Assembly (NCBI GenBank): GCA_014360005.1 | Contig: JACIYI010000009.1 | Location: 13,347-77,346 of the forward strand | Source of the DNA: Candidatus Aminicenantes bacterium | GTDB taxonomy: Bacteria > Acidobacteriota > Aminicenantia > Aminicenantales > Saccharicenantaceae | Length of the DNA: 64,000 bases | Direction of reading: 5' to 3' | Part shown: positions 26,048 through 35,583 of the stretch, one piece after another | Layout: each line of letters begins with the position of its first letter | How positions within the stretch are numbered: position 1 is the stretch's first letter | Translations under genes and position numbers: made by a program | Notes under the pieces: model-generated | The model's input: the letters and a program-made list of their open reading frames with translations, nothing else | Database searches by the model: none | What the model was told of the DNA's origin: nothing

Positions 26048-26842
26048 TTACCACTTCAGCTCGGAGCCGAACAGAGAATGGGGAATCAGGTAGACCAGCA
26101 AAGTGATGATGGAAGCGGCCAGCACCCAGCCTCTTTTCGGTTGAGTCCGGCGGCCGGAAGCCAGGGCGGCAATCCAGGCCAGCATGGCCACCAGGGTCTT
26201 GGTATCGGTCAGGTCGGAGCCCAGGGGAAAGCCGCTCCAGAAGACTCCGAAAGCCATCTTCTGGACGACCGCTCCCAGAATGAAGCCGCCGATGAAGAAC
26301 AGAATCGCCGTCCATTTGGTCAACCGGGTCGGGTCTTCCTGCCGGTTGAGGGCGGCTAGTCCGGAACGGACGGCAAACAGCATGGCCAGAAACATAACGA
26401 TGACGTGGCCTATCAGCACGGCCGGGGCCACCCGTCCCTTAAATCTGATGACTACCGGTTTTTCTCCCGTGAGCGAGATTTCCTCGGACCCGCTCACCAG
26501 ATGGATATAATATTCCAGCTTGCCGGCTGGCGGCTGTTTGGGCAGGTAGCCAATCAACCTGTTCTCTTCCTGTTTCATGGCCAGGATATTCCAGGGATTA
26601 TCGGTCTTGTGCCGCTTGAACTGTAAGAAGCCCTGAACCAGGCCGCTGAGTTCCGGCGGCAGGTTGACTATCACCTGGCAGCTTCCGCTGGACTCGGCGC
26701 TCCGTGGCAGGCGGTATTTGATTTCCTGGCCGAGGAATGAGGCCTGTCCCCGCAGGGGATAAGTCGGCCCGGTCAGGCGCTGATAGACAGCCGAACCCAG
26801 AGTGATGATGATGGCCAGCACCCAGAGCAAAACTTTTCTCAT
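26048..26842 (-). CDS. Membrane protein of unknown function (N-terminal extracytoplasmic domain plus about 4 C-terminal TM helices)
   Basis: 264 aa. Signal/anchor MRKVLLWVLAIIITLGSAVY, a soluble domain of roughly 130 aa, then hydrophobic helices (VLIGHVIVMFLAMLFAV, ILFFIGGFILGAVV, LVAMLAWIAALA, VLAASIITLLVYLI). No catalytic motif recognised. Confidence 0.5.
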   Translation of the reverse strand: MRKVLLWVLAIIITLGSAVYQRLTGPTYPLRGQASFLGQEIKYRLPRSAESSGSCQVIVNLPPELSGLVQGFLQFKRHKTDNPWNILAMKQEENRLIGYLPKQPPAGKLEYYIHLVSGSEEISLTGEKPVVIRFKGRVAPAVLIGHVIVMFLAMLFAVRSGLAALNRQEDPTRLTKWTAILFFIGGFILGAVVQKMAFGVFWSGFPLGSDLTDTKTLVAMLAWIAALASGRRTQPKRGWVLAASIITLLVYLIPHSLFGSELKW

Positions 26843-26872
26843 TTTATATCATTGCCTCCCGTTCGAGGGGAT

Positions 26873-27226
26873 TCAGGTTTTTTTGAACCGGGGTTTGATG
26901 ATTATCCAGAGCCCGATGATGATCAGCAGCACCGGCCAGAGATAGCGCCAGGTATATCTTTCTATAAGGTGCAGTTTGATGGCCTGGAAAAAAGCTCCGA
27001 GCAATATCAAAAACAAAGCCTGGTTGGAACGTTTGAAACCGTTGCCGATGTAGATGGAAAGACCGATCAGAATCAGAATAACCGGCCAGTAGGTGGCCAT
27101 GATTTCCCGGAAATGGAGGTAACCTAACTGCTCCAGCAGAAACAGGGCTCCGATGATTACCAGGAATAAACCCCAGAAAATTCTTCCGTCGCTCCTTTTG
27201 GTGCTCAAGGACACTCCTTTCTCCAA
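26873..27226 (-). CDS. Small 4-TM membrane protein, LiaF/LiaI-like TM region (DUF5668-like)
   Basis: 117 aa. Repeated helices of the pattern WGLFLVIIGALFLLEQLGYL / WPVILILIGLSIYI / LFLILLGAFF / WPVLLIIIGLWIII. Confidence 0.5.
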   Translation of the reverse strand: MEKGVSLSTKRSDGRIFWGLFLVIIGALFLLEQLGYLHFREIMATYWPVILILIGLSIYIGNGFKRSNQALFLILLGAFFQAIKLHLIERYTWRYLWPVLLIIIGLWIIIKPRFKKT

Positions 27227-27307
27227 CCGATTATACAGGGGTTTTATATCACAAACGATAACCGCGGGGCTATCGGAATTTTAGTCGGCGGGGCTCTCAC
27301 CCCGGGC

Positions 27308-28522
27308 TCAGTCAGCGGTCAGAATCAGGAAGGGTTTCTTGTAGAAGTTCTTGTAGAGCGGCCGCAGCCTGTCCCGGTCATAATACTTATCAACGTCAAT
27401 ACGCTTCTTGTAGCTGGTCAGCACCTCCAGCGGAATGTGGTCGTATTCACCGTTGCGGAGGCAGACCATACGGCCGGTCCGGTTTTCCAGGACCAGGTCC
27501 AGGGCCAGGTTACCGTAAGCCATGGGCACCAGAGAGTCGATGGCATCGGGGTCGCCGCAGCGCACCAGATAACCCAGCTTCTGGTTGATGACGTTAACCC
27601 GGCGCCCGTGGTTGTACTTGGGCGATAGCTCCTTGAGCAGGCTGGAAACCCGGTCGCCGATGCCCCCGAGTTTCTTGTGGCCGTACATATCTGTCTCGTC
27701 GCTTTCAAAAATCATGTCCTCGCCTTCGAAAGCGGCTCCTTCTGACACCAGGGCAACCGAGTAGTGGCTGGGGTTGCTGGCCCGGTCCTCGCTCATCAGC
27801 TCGCACAGTCGTTCGATGTTAAATTGGTACTCAGGAATGACACAGCGGTCGGCCGCCCCGGCCATGGCTGGCAGCAAAGCAGTGAAGCCAGCATAACGGC
27901 CGAAGACTTCAATCACCAGGAAGCGCTCGTGTGAGCCGGCGGTGGTGCGCAGGGAATGGGTCAAGCTGATAGTCCGGGTGACACAGGTGGAAAAACCGAT
28001 GCAGTAGTCGGTTCCAGGAACGTCGTTGTCCATGGTCTTGGGGATGGCGATGATCTTAACCCCAGTTTTGTGCAGCTGGACGGCATAACTCAGGGTATCG
28101 TCGCCGCCAATCGGGATAAGGTAATTAATTCCCAGGAATTCCAGGTTTTTCAGAACCTCTTCGGTCAGGTCATTGACTTTCTGGTTGTACTTACCGCGCA
28201 GGTGAGCCGGGACGTTGACGTCCGGTATGCTGCTGGGTCGGGTGCGGGAGGTATGCAGGAAAGTTCCGCCGGTCCGGCCGGCCCGGTTGACCACCTCTTC
28301 CGTCAGCTCGGTAAAGAATTCGTGGTTGGGGGCATCCTTGTCGCGAATCATTTCCACCAGGCCCGCCCAGCCGCGGCGGATACCAATCACCCGGTAGCCT
28401 TCTTTGATGGCCCTGATGGTTACAGCCCTGATAGCCGGGTTAAGACCGGGGACGTCACCCCCGCCGGTCAGAATTCCGATTACGCCTTTAACCGGTCTGG
28501 TCATTTCTCTGGCCATGGGCAT
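27308..28522 (-). CDS. pfp: 6-phosphofructokinase, predicted pyrophosphate-dependent type
   Basis: 404 aa. GILTGGGDVPGLNPAIR, PIGGDDTLSYA and IPKTMDNDVPGTD. The Asp in GGDD and the Lys in PKT-x-DND occupy the positions that are Gly/Gly in ATP-dependent PfkA. Confidence 0.9.
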   Translation of the reverse strand: MPMAREMTRPVKGVIGILTGGGDVPGLNPAIRAVTIRAIKEGYRVIGIRRGWAGLVEMIRDKDAPNHEFFTELTEEVVNRAGRTGGTFLHTSRTRPSSIPDVNVPAHLRGKYNQKVNDLTEEVLKNLEFLGINYLIPIGGDDTLSYAVQLHKTGVKIIAIPKTMDNDVPGTDYCIGFSTCVTRTISLTHSLRTTAGSHERFLVIEVFGRYAGFTALLPAMAGAADRCVIPEYQFNIERLCELMSEDRASNPSHYSVALVSEGAAFEGEDMIFESDETDMYGHKKLGGIGDRVSSLLKELSPKYNHGRRVNVINQKLGYLVRCGDPDAIDSLVPMAYGNLALDLVLENRTGRMVCLRNGEYDHIPLEVLTSYKKRIDVDKYYDRDRLRPLYKNFYKKPFLILTAD

Positions 28523-28985
28523 TCTCCTTTAGGTTCGGTTACCTGTCTGTTTTTTACAGGATATATTAATGCAGAACAGGCTGGCGTCAAGCCCCTGGCC
28601 GGAGAAATTTCTTCACACTCTGAATTATAGGCAAAATCAGAAAGCCAGGCAATCTGGCGAATAACCCTTATAAAAAACTACCTGAAAATGATTTTTTGTC
28701 TTACAGGAAAATCGTCCGTAAATGTATTCGTTCTCCGACCTGGAAAGCCATCAGGAAAGACTTGAAATTAAACTTCGGGCGGAAGGACAGGGTGGAGATG
28801 GCAGGCAGCTTAAACAAGCTGGCCCGCGGTCAATTACAGGAGGCCAGTGAGCCAGCGGTCAGCTTTGGCCGGGGTGCTGGAGCCGACTGCGGGCAGATAC
28901 CAGAACCTAAAGAATATTATTTCATTTCAGATTTTAATTCAGGTATAATTTTATTGCCAAGAGACAGTTTCAAGGAGAATAAGAG

Positions 28986-29873
28986 ATGAGGAAAAACGCC
29001 TTGATTTTGGTCGTGACCTCAGCCCTGCTTTTTGGGCTGTTGACTTTGGCTTCAGCCCAGCCACAAGCCTATAAAAGTCAGCTGACGGCTGAGCCCAGGG
29101 TGATAGACGGCCAGGAAAATGACTGGGAAGGAGCCAGTTTCCAGAATTTCAAAAAAGCAGGTGTTGACTACGCAGTGGCTCATGACGATAAGTATATTTA
29201 CCTGCTGCTGATTTTCAATAATGAAGCCGGTCTGAGCACGGCAGATGAAACCGGCGTTTATGTCTATCTCAGCCAGGCCAATAAGAAAAATAAGGACGTT
29301 GGTTTTCATTTTATTAAAAAAGTGATCTCGGCCGAAGAAGCTATTGCCAAGATGGAAGCCATGGGCGAAACCTTAACCGAAGAGAGAAAAGCCCAGATCA
29401 GAGAGAGAAAAATGCTTGTCCTGTATGAAGGTGAACCGGTCGGGAAAAAATTCAAAGCTGACCTTCAAAAGATACAGGGCCAGAAATTCGAGCCGGCAGT
29501 TTTCCGGGGCCGGGTGGATAAGCCCGGCCGGGGCCCTGCCGCCACGGCTCAGGGCCAGAGCGGATTCAAGAAGGCAGTGTTTGAATTCAGGATTCCTCTG
29601 CGTCCTTCGCCGGCTCTGCCACAACTGATCGAACCCGGAAAGCCCATCAATCTGGGAATTGAATGGGGCGGGCTGACTGAACAGAGACGGCAAGAGCTGA
29701 TGGCCAGAAGAGCAGCGGCTGCCACCAGAGCCACGGCTACCGATTCCCGGATGGTGGTTTCCGGCGATGAGCCCGGTGAAGGTGGCTTCGACCGGGGCGG
29801 CGGGGCAATAAATTTAAAGAACCTGCCGAAAAAATTTAATTTCTGGTTCGGCCTGGTGGTATCGGTCCAGTAA
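28986..29873 (+). CDS. Secreted hypothetical protein
   Basis: 295 aa. Signal peptide MRKNALILVVTSALLFGLLTLASA followed by Q. The N-terminal segment RVIDGQENDWEGASFQNF...DDKYIYLLL is reminiscent of CBM9/DOMON-like sugar-binding modules, but the similarity is weak. Confidence 0.45.
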   Translation: MRKNALILVVTSALLFGLLTLASAQPQAYKSQLTAEPRVIDGQENDWEGASFQNFKKAGVDYAVAHDDKYIYLLLIFNNEAGLSTADETGVYVYLSQANKKNKDVGFHFIKKVISAEEAIAKMEAMGETLTEERKAQIRERKMLVLYEGEPVGKKFKADLQKIQGQKFEPAVFRGRVDKPGRGPAATAQGQSGFKKAVFEFRIPLRPSPALPQLIEPGKPINLGIEWGGLTEQRRQELMARRAAAATRATATDSRMVVSGDEPGEGGFDRGGGAINLKNLPKKFNFWFGLVVSVQ

Positions 29874-30186
29874 TTAAAGTTTTTCAACCGAACCGATTTC
29901 GGGCCGGACGACGAATTATCTAATTAACCAGTTGTCAGCCTGGTCAATTTTATTCATTCAGCTAATTTCATGGGGCCAGTTTAAGTTTTATTTGAGTTTG
30001 GGGAAGATAAGCTGCTGTTCTAAAGGCCTTAGGGTTCTGAGGAGGAGAGTTAGGCGTGGCCCTGGTTGAATAAATTATATTCTTAATTCGCCCGGAATTT
30101 GCCAGGAGTCATGGCCACATTCTGTCTCCTGAACCGGAGCAGTCGAGGCGTCGAGGGGCGGCAAATCGCTTGGCGGTTATAGAGAT

Positions 30187-31173
30187 TTAATAAGTAGCCA
30201 GGAAGGCGCCGACAAAGGCCAGGGCCACGGCCAGAGTTCTCCAGAGAGTGGCTTTTTCTTTGAGGAAGACGGTGGCTAGGATGAAGATAAAGATGGTGTT
30301 TAGCTGATTGAGGGCCGATGCCACCGAGGCCAGGGTATATTTCATCCCGCCTATCCAGAACATCAGCGATAGATAAGTTCCAAGGAAGGAAGCCGGGGCC
30401 AGGACTTTCCAGGTGGAAAGCTGGAGAAGTGGCCGGAAGTCGGGGCGCCGCTTCGGGGATAACGGCAGAAAGAGCAGGGGAATAGTGCCGCCGAGAAGCC
30501 TGACTCCGGTGGCCCAGACCACCGGGATGTCTTTAAGCACCGGCTTGATGATAATTATGCCCACGGCTACAAAGGCCATGGCCATAACGCCCAGAATTAT
30601 TCCCAGCGCCAGGTTTTTTCTGGTCAGGGGCCCCCGACCGTTATCGGAGTCGCCTCTAGAAATAGTGATGACGGCCGACACAATCAGGACCACCCCCAGC
30701 AGCTGAACCCAGCTCAGCCTTTCGCCCAGGAAAAAATAGGACAACCCGATTACGAAGGGGGCGTAGACGCAATCCACAATAGCTGTCAGGCTGGCTCCGA
30801 TCAATTTCAGGGTCCAGAGGAAAAGGGTGTCAGAAATGGCTATTCCCAGGAAGCCGCTCAGCAGGAGAAGCAGGGTGGTTTTAAGCTCCCCGGCTGCCGG
30901 CCAGAAGCTGGCTCCGGTGAGAATCGTGGTCAGAACGATGAGCGTCAGGGCAAAGAGGTTTTTACCCAGGTTGAGGCCGAAAGGATGCAGGCGGAAGCCG
31001 CTTATCCGGAAAAGGATGACGCCTACGGCCCAGACTACGGCCGAAGCCAGGGCCAGCCATTCTCCGGAATGAATAAAATTATCCATGGTCAGTCTGTTGT
31101 TGCCGGTGGGAAGTTTTTTATCCCTGGTCTGAAACTTAAAAGGCTTTATACCAGAATCAGACAGGTTCGTCAA
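30187..31173 (-). CDS. DMT-superfamily transporter (two EamA domains)
   Basis: 328 aa in the track. The true start may be the Met at 31086 (MDNFIHSGEW...). Ten hydrophobic helices in a duplicated 5+5 EamA pattern. Confidence 0.8.
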   Translation of the reverse strand: MTNLSDSGIKPFKFQTRDKKLPTGNNRLTMDNFIHSGEWLALASAVVWAVGVILFRISGFRLHPFGLNLGKNLFALTLIVLTTILTGASFWPAAGELKTTLLLLLSGFLGIAISDTLFLWTLKLIGASLTAIVDCVYAPFVIGLSYFFLGERLSWVQLLGVVLIVSAVITISRGDSDNGRGPLTRKNLALGIILGVMAMAFVAVGIIIIKPVLKDIPVVWATGVRLLGGTIPLLFLPLSPKRRPDFRPLLQLSTWKVLAPASFLGTYLSLMFWIGGMKYTLASVASALNQLNTIFIFILATVFLKEKATLWRTLAVALAFVGAFLATY

Positions 31174-31287
31174 ACACCAAACGCTTTTTGGCCTTGAAAT
31201 CTCCAGCGCCGGATTTAGAAAATGGAGTTGAATCTTCTACCTCAGATGGAGTATGTTAGTATAACCAAAGTTTCAACGGAGGTTATC

Positions 31288-32541
31288 ATGGATAAAAAGA
31301 TTTTAGGATGGCTGGTTATTCTGGTCATTGCTCTTTCTCTTGGCTGGTCGACAGCCTGCAAGCAACCGGAGCCGACCAAAGAGCAGGCCGCGCCGGCTGT
31401 TATTAAAATTGGCGACCAAGAAATCCAGGCCAGAGACGAAGCCTTATATAAAACCAGGGAATATAACGGCCGCAAACGTGAATATCTTTCGCTGGATTTT
31501 TCCAGGATTTCCCGCCCGGCCTCGCTGACTGAATTCCAGCAGGTCTTTCACCAACCGCCTATCCGGCAGTATAAAACCGGCACCTGCTGGTCCTTTTCCA
31601 CCACCTCTTTCCTGGAGTCGGAATTGAAGCGTCTCGGCCGGGGAGAATTTAAGCTGTCCGAACTTTATACCGTCTACTGGGAATATGTGGAAAAAGCCAG
31701 GAGGTTCATCAGGGAGAAGGGCAACTCTTTCCTGGGCGAGGGTTCTGAGCATAATGCGGTTTTTCTGCGGATGAAAGAATACGGAGCGGTCCCGGCCAGC
31801 GCCTATACTGGTCTTTTGCCCGGCCAGACCGAGCATGACCACTCGGCCCTGTTCAAGGAACTGCGGGATTACCTTGATTTTTGTAAAAAGAATGAATACT
31901 GGGACGAGGAAAAGGCTGTGGCCTACGTCAAGCTTATCCTGAATAAGCACCTGGGGGAACCGCCGGCCACCATTGAGTATAACGGCCAGAAGATGACACC
32001 GAAGGACTTCCTGAATAATGTGCTGCAACTTCCCCTCGATGATTACGTTAGCTTTATGTCGTTTAAGTATGTTCCCTTCTACACTAAAGGAGAATACAAG
32101 GCGCCGGACAACTGGTGGCATTCTCAGGATTATTACAATGTGCCGCTGGATGAGTTTTACCAGGGAATCGTCAACTCGCTTAAAAAGGGTTACTCGGTGG
32201 CCTTCGGTGGCGATGTCTCAGAACCTGGCATAAGCGGCGACGAGGGGCTGGCCATCGTCCCGTCCTTTGACATTCTGCCAGCTCTTATCGACCAGGACAG
32301 CCGCGAATTCAGATTCTATAACCGAACCTCCCAGGATGACCATGCCATCCACTGCGTGGGCCTGCTGGAAAAGGATGACCACACCTGGTTCCTGGTGAAA
32401 GACTCCGGAGCCGGAGCCCACCGCGGACCTTATAAGGGTTATATTCTTTACCGGGACGATTACGTGAAGTTAAAAATGCTGGTTTTTACAGTCCATAAAG
32501 AAGCTGTGGCTGACCTGCTGGCCAAGTTTGAGCCGAAATAG
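31288..32541 (+). CDS. pepC: C1-family cysteine peptidase (aminopeptidase C/bleomycin hydrolase-like), lipoprotein
   Basis: I prefer the ATG at 31288, which follows GGAGG at 31278-31282. The lipobox-like signal is LVILVIALSLGWSTAC. The catalytic Cys lies in QYKTGTCWSFSTTSFLE and the His in DDHAIHCVGL. Confidence 0.8.
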   Translation: MDKKILGWLVILVIALSLGWSTACKQPEPTKEQAAPAVIKIGDQEIQARDEALYKTREYNGRKREYLSLDFSRISRPASLTEFQQVFHQPPIRQYKTGTCWSFSTTSFLESELKRLGRGEFKLSELYTVYWEYVEKARRFIREKGNSFLGEGSEHNAVFLRMKEYGAVPASAYTGLLPGQTEHDHSALFKELRDYLDFCKKNEYWDEEKAVAYVKLILNKHLGEPPATIEYNGQKMTPKDFLNNVLQLPLDDYVSFMSFKYVPFYTKGEYKAPDNWWHSQDYYNVPLDEFYQGIVNSLKKGYSVAFGGDVSEPGISGDEGLAIVPSFDILPALIDQDSREFRFYNRTSQDDHAIHCVGLLEKDDHTWFLVKDSGAGAHRGPYKGYILYRDDYVKLKMLVFTVHKEAVADLLAKFEPK

Positions 32542-32928
32542 AAATAAGAAAACACAGCCGATGGCGATCAGAGCTGAAAGGAGAAAGCTGGCTTATTCAG
32601 CCTGATTAATCCTGGCAGTACCCGGTCTGGCGGAAGTTTAGCCGGCTGAAGATTAATTTTTCAGGCGCTGAGATTAGCGTCCTGCCAGATTTTACTTTTT
32701 GGCTGAATCAGTTATACAGGCGCCGATATTTTCATCTGCCGAACCAGCGCTGGCTCGGCCTCTCCCAATCCGAGCCTCGTTCACCATCACCATCAAATCA
32801 CGGTCAACAACCCACCCCGGGCCGCCAGCGACTCCTGCCCTGGTCAGAAATTCTTTATATTTGAATTTTCAGGTCCGCATTATCTCCGGCTGTCATCTGG
32901 GTTATAATCTAGGCGAAAGGTCTGAGTC

Positions 32929-33957
32929 ATGACCGACCGGCTGTGTCTGACTTCTTTAACGCTTTCCGAACTTGAGGGTTACCTCCAGAAAATCGGGGAA
33001 AAGCCCTTCCGGGCCAAACAGATTTTTAAGGGAGTTTACCAGCATGGCTTATCCGACTTTCTTAAATTCACCGACCTGCCGCTGGCTCTAAGGCAAAAGC
33101 TATCTGAAAAATTTATCATTAACCCGCTGGCCATAGAGCAGACCACCAGCTCGGCCGACGGCACGGTGAAATATCTTTTCCGCCTGCCTGACGGATTCTA
33201 TGTGGAAACAGTGCTGATTCCCTCCGGCCAGCGGCGGACAGTTTGTCTTTCCACCCAGGTAGGCTGCAAATTCCGCTGTGCTTTTTGCGCCAGCGGACTT
33301 AATGGCTTCAGGAGAAATCTGAGCCCCGGGGAGATTGTCAGTCAGGTTCTAAGCTTGAAATATCTCTTCGGACACCAGATTACCAACCTGGTCTTCATGG
33401 GCATGGGAGAACCCCTGGATAATTTGGAGAATGTGCTTAAAGCCATCCGGATCCTGAACGATGAGCAGGGCCTGAATTTTGGAGCCAGGAGGATGACCGT
33501 ATCCACAGCCGGGGTAATTCCGGGTATCAGGCAGCTAAAAAATTTTGAGCTGCAAATTAACCTGTCCATTTCCCTCCACAGCTCCATAGACCGGCAAAGA
33601 GGCCAGCTGATGCCCATCAACAAAAAATACCCCCTGCCCGAGCTGGTGGCGGCGGCCGAAGATTATATCCGCTCAGGTGGGCGGCAGCTGACGCTGGAGT
33701 ATATCCTGATTAAGGACCTTAACGATAGTCTGTACGAAGCCGAAGGACTGGCTGCCATCGCCCGCAGGCTCCGGGCCAAAGTTAACCTGATAGCCTACAG
33801 CCCGGTATCTGGCCTGCCCTACCTCCGGCCGGCGGCTGAAGACCTGGACAGGTTCCAGCGCTGGCTGGAAGAAAGAAAAATCAAGGTTACAGTCAGACAA
33901 TCCAAGGGAGTGGACATAGCCGCAGCCTGCGGCCAGCTAGCCGGAAGATTTCAATGA
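32929..33957 (+). CDS. rlmN: 23S rRNA/tRNA (adenine-C2)-methyltransferase, radical SAM
   Basis: 342 aa. FRAKQIFKGVY at the N-terminus, the radical-SAM cluster VGCKFRCAFCASG, plus MGMGEPLDN and the C-terminal AACGQL. Confidence 0.95.
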   Translation: MTDRLCLTSLTLSELEGYLQKIGEKPFRAKQIFKGVYQHGLSDFLKFTDLPLALRQKLSEKFIINPLAIEQTTSSADGTVKYLFRLPDGFYVETVLIPSGQRRTVCLSTQVGCKFRCAFCASGLNGFRRNLSPGEIVSQVLSLKYLFGHQITNLVFMGMGEPLDNLENVLKAIRILNDEQGLNFGARRMTVSTAGVIPGIRQLKNFELQINLSISLHSSIDRQRGQLMPINKKYPLPELVAAAEDYIRSGGRQLTLEYILIKDLNDSLYEAEGLAAIARRLRAKVNLIAYSPVSGLPYLRPAAEDLDRFQRWLEERKIKVTVRQSKGVDIAAACGQLAGRFQ

Positions 33958-35243
33958 ACCGGTGTCCTGGCTCTTAAGACGGCCAGGGTTTCGATATGGG
34001 GAGTCCGGGGGAAAAAATCCAAGCCGATTATTTCCAGCAGTTCGTAAGCCTGGAGGAACTTTTTTAAGTCCCGGGCCAGGGTGGTTGGATTGCAGGAAAG
34101 GTAAAAAACCAGGCCCGGCGGGTGCGAGACCAGAGCTTCAACCAGTTCTTCGGCCAGGCCTTTGCGCGGCGGGTCTATGACCAGAGCCCCGGCCCTAAAT
34201 TCCAGGATGTCGTCTATCCAGTCTTCACTCCGTCCCTCGGCCACCACCAGGTGCTGGATACGGTTTAGGCGCAGGTTCTTTTTCAGGAAAAAGATGTTGC
34301 TAGGGTCTGACTCTATGGCCATAACCTCTGAAGCTGAAGCGGACAGCAGGAGGCCGAAAGTTCCCAGCCCGGCATAGAGATCAATGAGTTTGACCGGGGC
34401 CTGCGGTTGCAGGTGCTGCTTGATTTTTTCCGCTACTTTTTCCAGCTGGGGCGGGTTAACCTGGAAAAAACTCCCGGCGCCGTAGCGGAAAACAACCTGA
34501 CCAACCTTTTCTTCCAGGTAATCTCGGCCGATAAGCCGGCTGAAAATCTTTCTCCGCCCTTCCTGCACCAGGCCCACTACCCCGGCCACCGGAGAATCCA
34601 TGGTTAGGGCCGGAAGCCACAGATGGGCCGCTCTTTCCAGACTGTCTTCCTCAGCTGCTTCCAGTAGCAGTAAGAGCTCGCCGCTCCAGAAGCTCTCCCT
34701 GATTTCCAGGTGTCTGATGGCTGGGAGCGGTTCTCCCCGGAGCAGCGTCTTAAACCTGGAAATTATGGCGTTGACCTTCTCGCTGACCAGGGCGCAACTT
34801 TCCACGGGCAAGAAGCTGGCTCTCGAACCGGGCTTGTGGTAGGCCAGAAATGGAGGCTGAGCCTGCCAGCTGAAGCTGAGGCGAATCTTGTTGCGATAAC
34901 CGTAAATCTGAGGCGAGGGAACTAATTCCAGCGGCTGTTGGTGGCCGACATAAAGGCCGGAAAAAATTTCCAGCAGTTGAGCCTTTTTCGTCCTGAGCTC
35001 CAGGTCGTAAGTCATTACCTGGTAAGGGGAACAGGCCTGGTAATGGCCGCAGCGGGGAAGTTGTCTGTCGGCTGAAGGCTCGAGGATTTTAAGAGTTCGG
35101 GCCTCGGCATAATTTTTCTTATCCTTGAGGATTTCCACTTCCACCAGCTCGCCGGGCAGCCCTTCATCGGTGAAGACGATTTTGCCTTCGGCCCGGGCCA
35201 GGGCCCGACCCGGGTAGACAATTTTTTCAACGCGCAACTCCAT
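33951..35243 (-). CDS. Class I SAM-dependent RNA (uracil-5)-methyltransferase, TrmA/RlmD family
   Basis: 430 aa with a TRAM-like N-terminus. SAM motifs LIDLYAGLGTFGL and VIDPPRKG, the catalytic Cys in FYLSCNPTTLARDL, and LDFFPRTPHIETLAVL. Only two of the four Fe-S cysteines usual in RlmD are visible (PRCGHYQAC). The 3' end overlaps rlmN by 7 nt. Confidence 0.85.
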   Translation of the reverse strand: MELRVEKIVYPGRALARAEGKIVFTDEGLPGELVEVEILKDKKNYAEARTLKILEPSADRQLPRCGHYQACSPYQVMTYDLELRTKKAQLLEIFSGLYVGHQQPLELVPSPQIYGYRNKIRLSFSWQAQPPFLAYHKPGSRASFLPVESCALVSEKVNAIISRFKTLLRGEPLPAIRHLEIRESFWSGELLLLLEAAEEDSLERAAHLWLPALTMDSPVAGVVGLVQEGRRKIFSRLIGRDYLEEKVGQVVFRYGAGSFFQVNPPQLEKVAEKIKQHLQPQAPVKLIDLYAGLGTFGLLLSASASEVMAIESDPSNIFFLKKNLRLNRIQHLVVAEGRSEDWIDDILEFRAGALVIDPPRKGLAEELVEALVSHPPGLVFYLSCNPTTLARDLKKFLQAYELLEIIGLDFFPRTPHIETLAVLRARTPVH

Positions 35244-35298
35244 GTGTCTTTAATAGACGCCGGGCGGGGATTTGTCAAGCTGGACGGAAAGCCTGGAC

Positions 35299-35523
35299 TT
35301 ATCTGGCCAGGCTATTCAGCATCCTGGCCGGCAGGGTCAGTATGGCCTTGAGCAGGTCGAATACGGCGCTTACGGTCAGGCCGACCAGCCGGAAAGGCAG
35401 AGAAATCAGCCAGACCAGGGGATAAAGAATAAGGGCCAGAAGAGCCAGTGGCCAGCAGAGAATGAAAAGTATCAACCACAGCAAAAATTTAACCATCTTT
35501 TTCACCATTAAGTTCTGATTCAA
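35299..35523 (-). CDS. Small two-TM membrane protein (hypothetical)
   Basis: 74 aa and very hydrophobic (FLLWLILFILCWPLALLALILYPLVWLISL). Lies between addB and the methyltransferase gene on the same strand. Confidence 0.4.
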   Translation of the reverse strand: MNQNLMVKKMVKFLLWLILFILCWPLALLALILYPLVWLISLPFRLVGLTVSAVFDLLKAILTLPARMLNSLAR

Positions 35524-35583
35524 GCTTCACATTTATAATTACGAAAAATCGGTCCAGATGGATTACCCACCTGAAAATTATTC

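Noticed and set aside
28696-28989. 97-aa ORF in the spacer upstream of the secreted-protein gene
   Set aside because: It has a non-ATG start, no ribosome-binding site, a basic low-complexity translation and no motif. It lies in the divergent promoter region between pfk and the 28986 gene, so it is probably non-coding. The 77-aa ORF at 32699-32932 upstream of rlmN is rejected for the same reasons.
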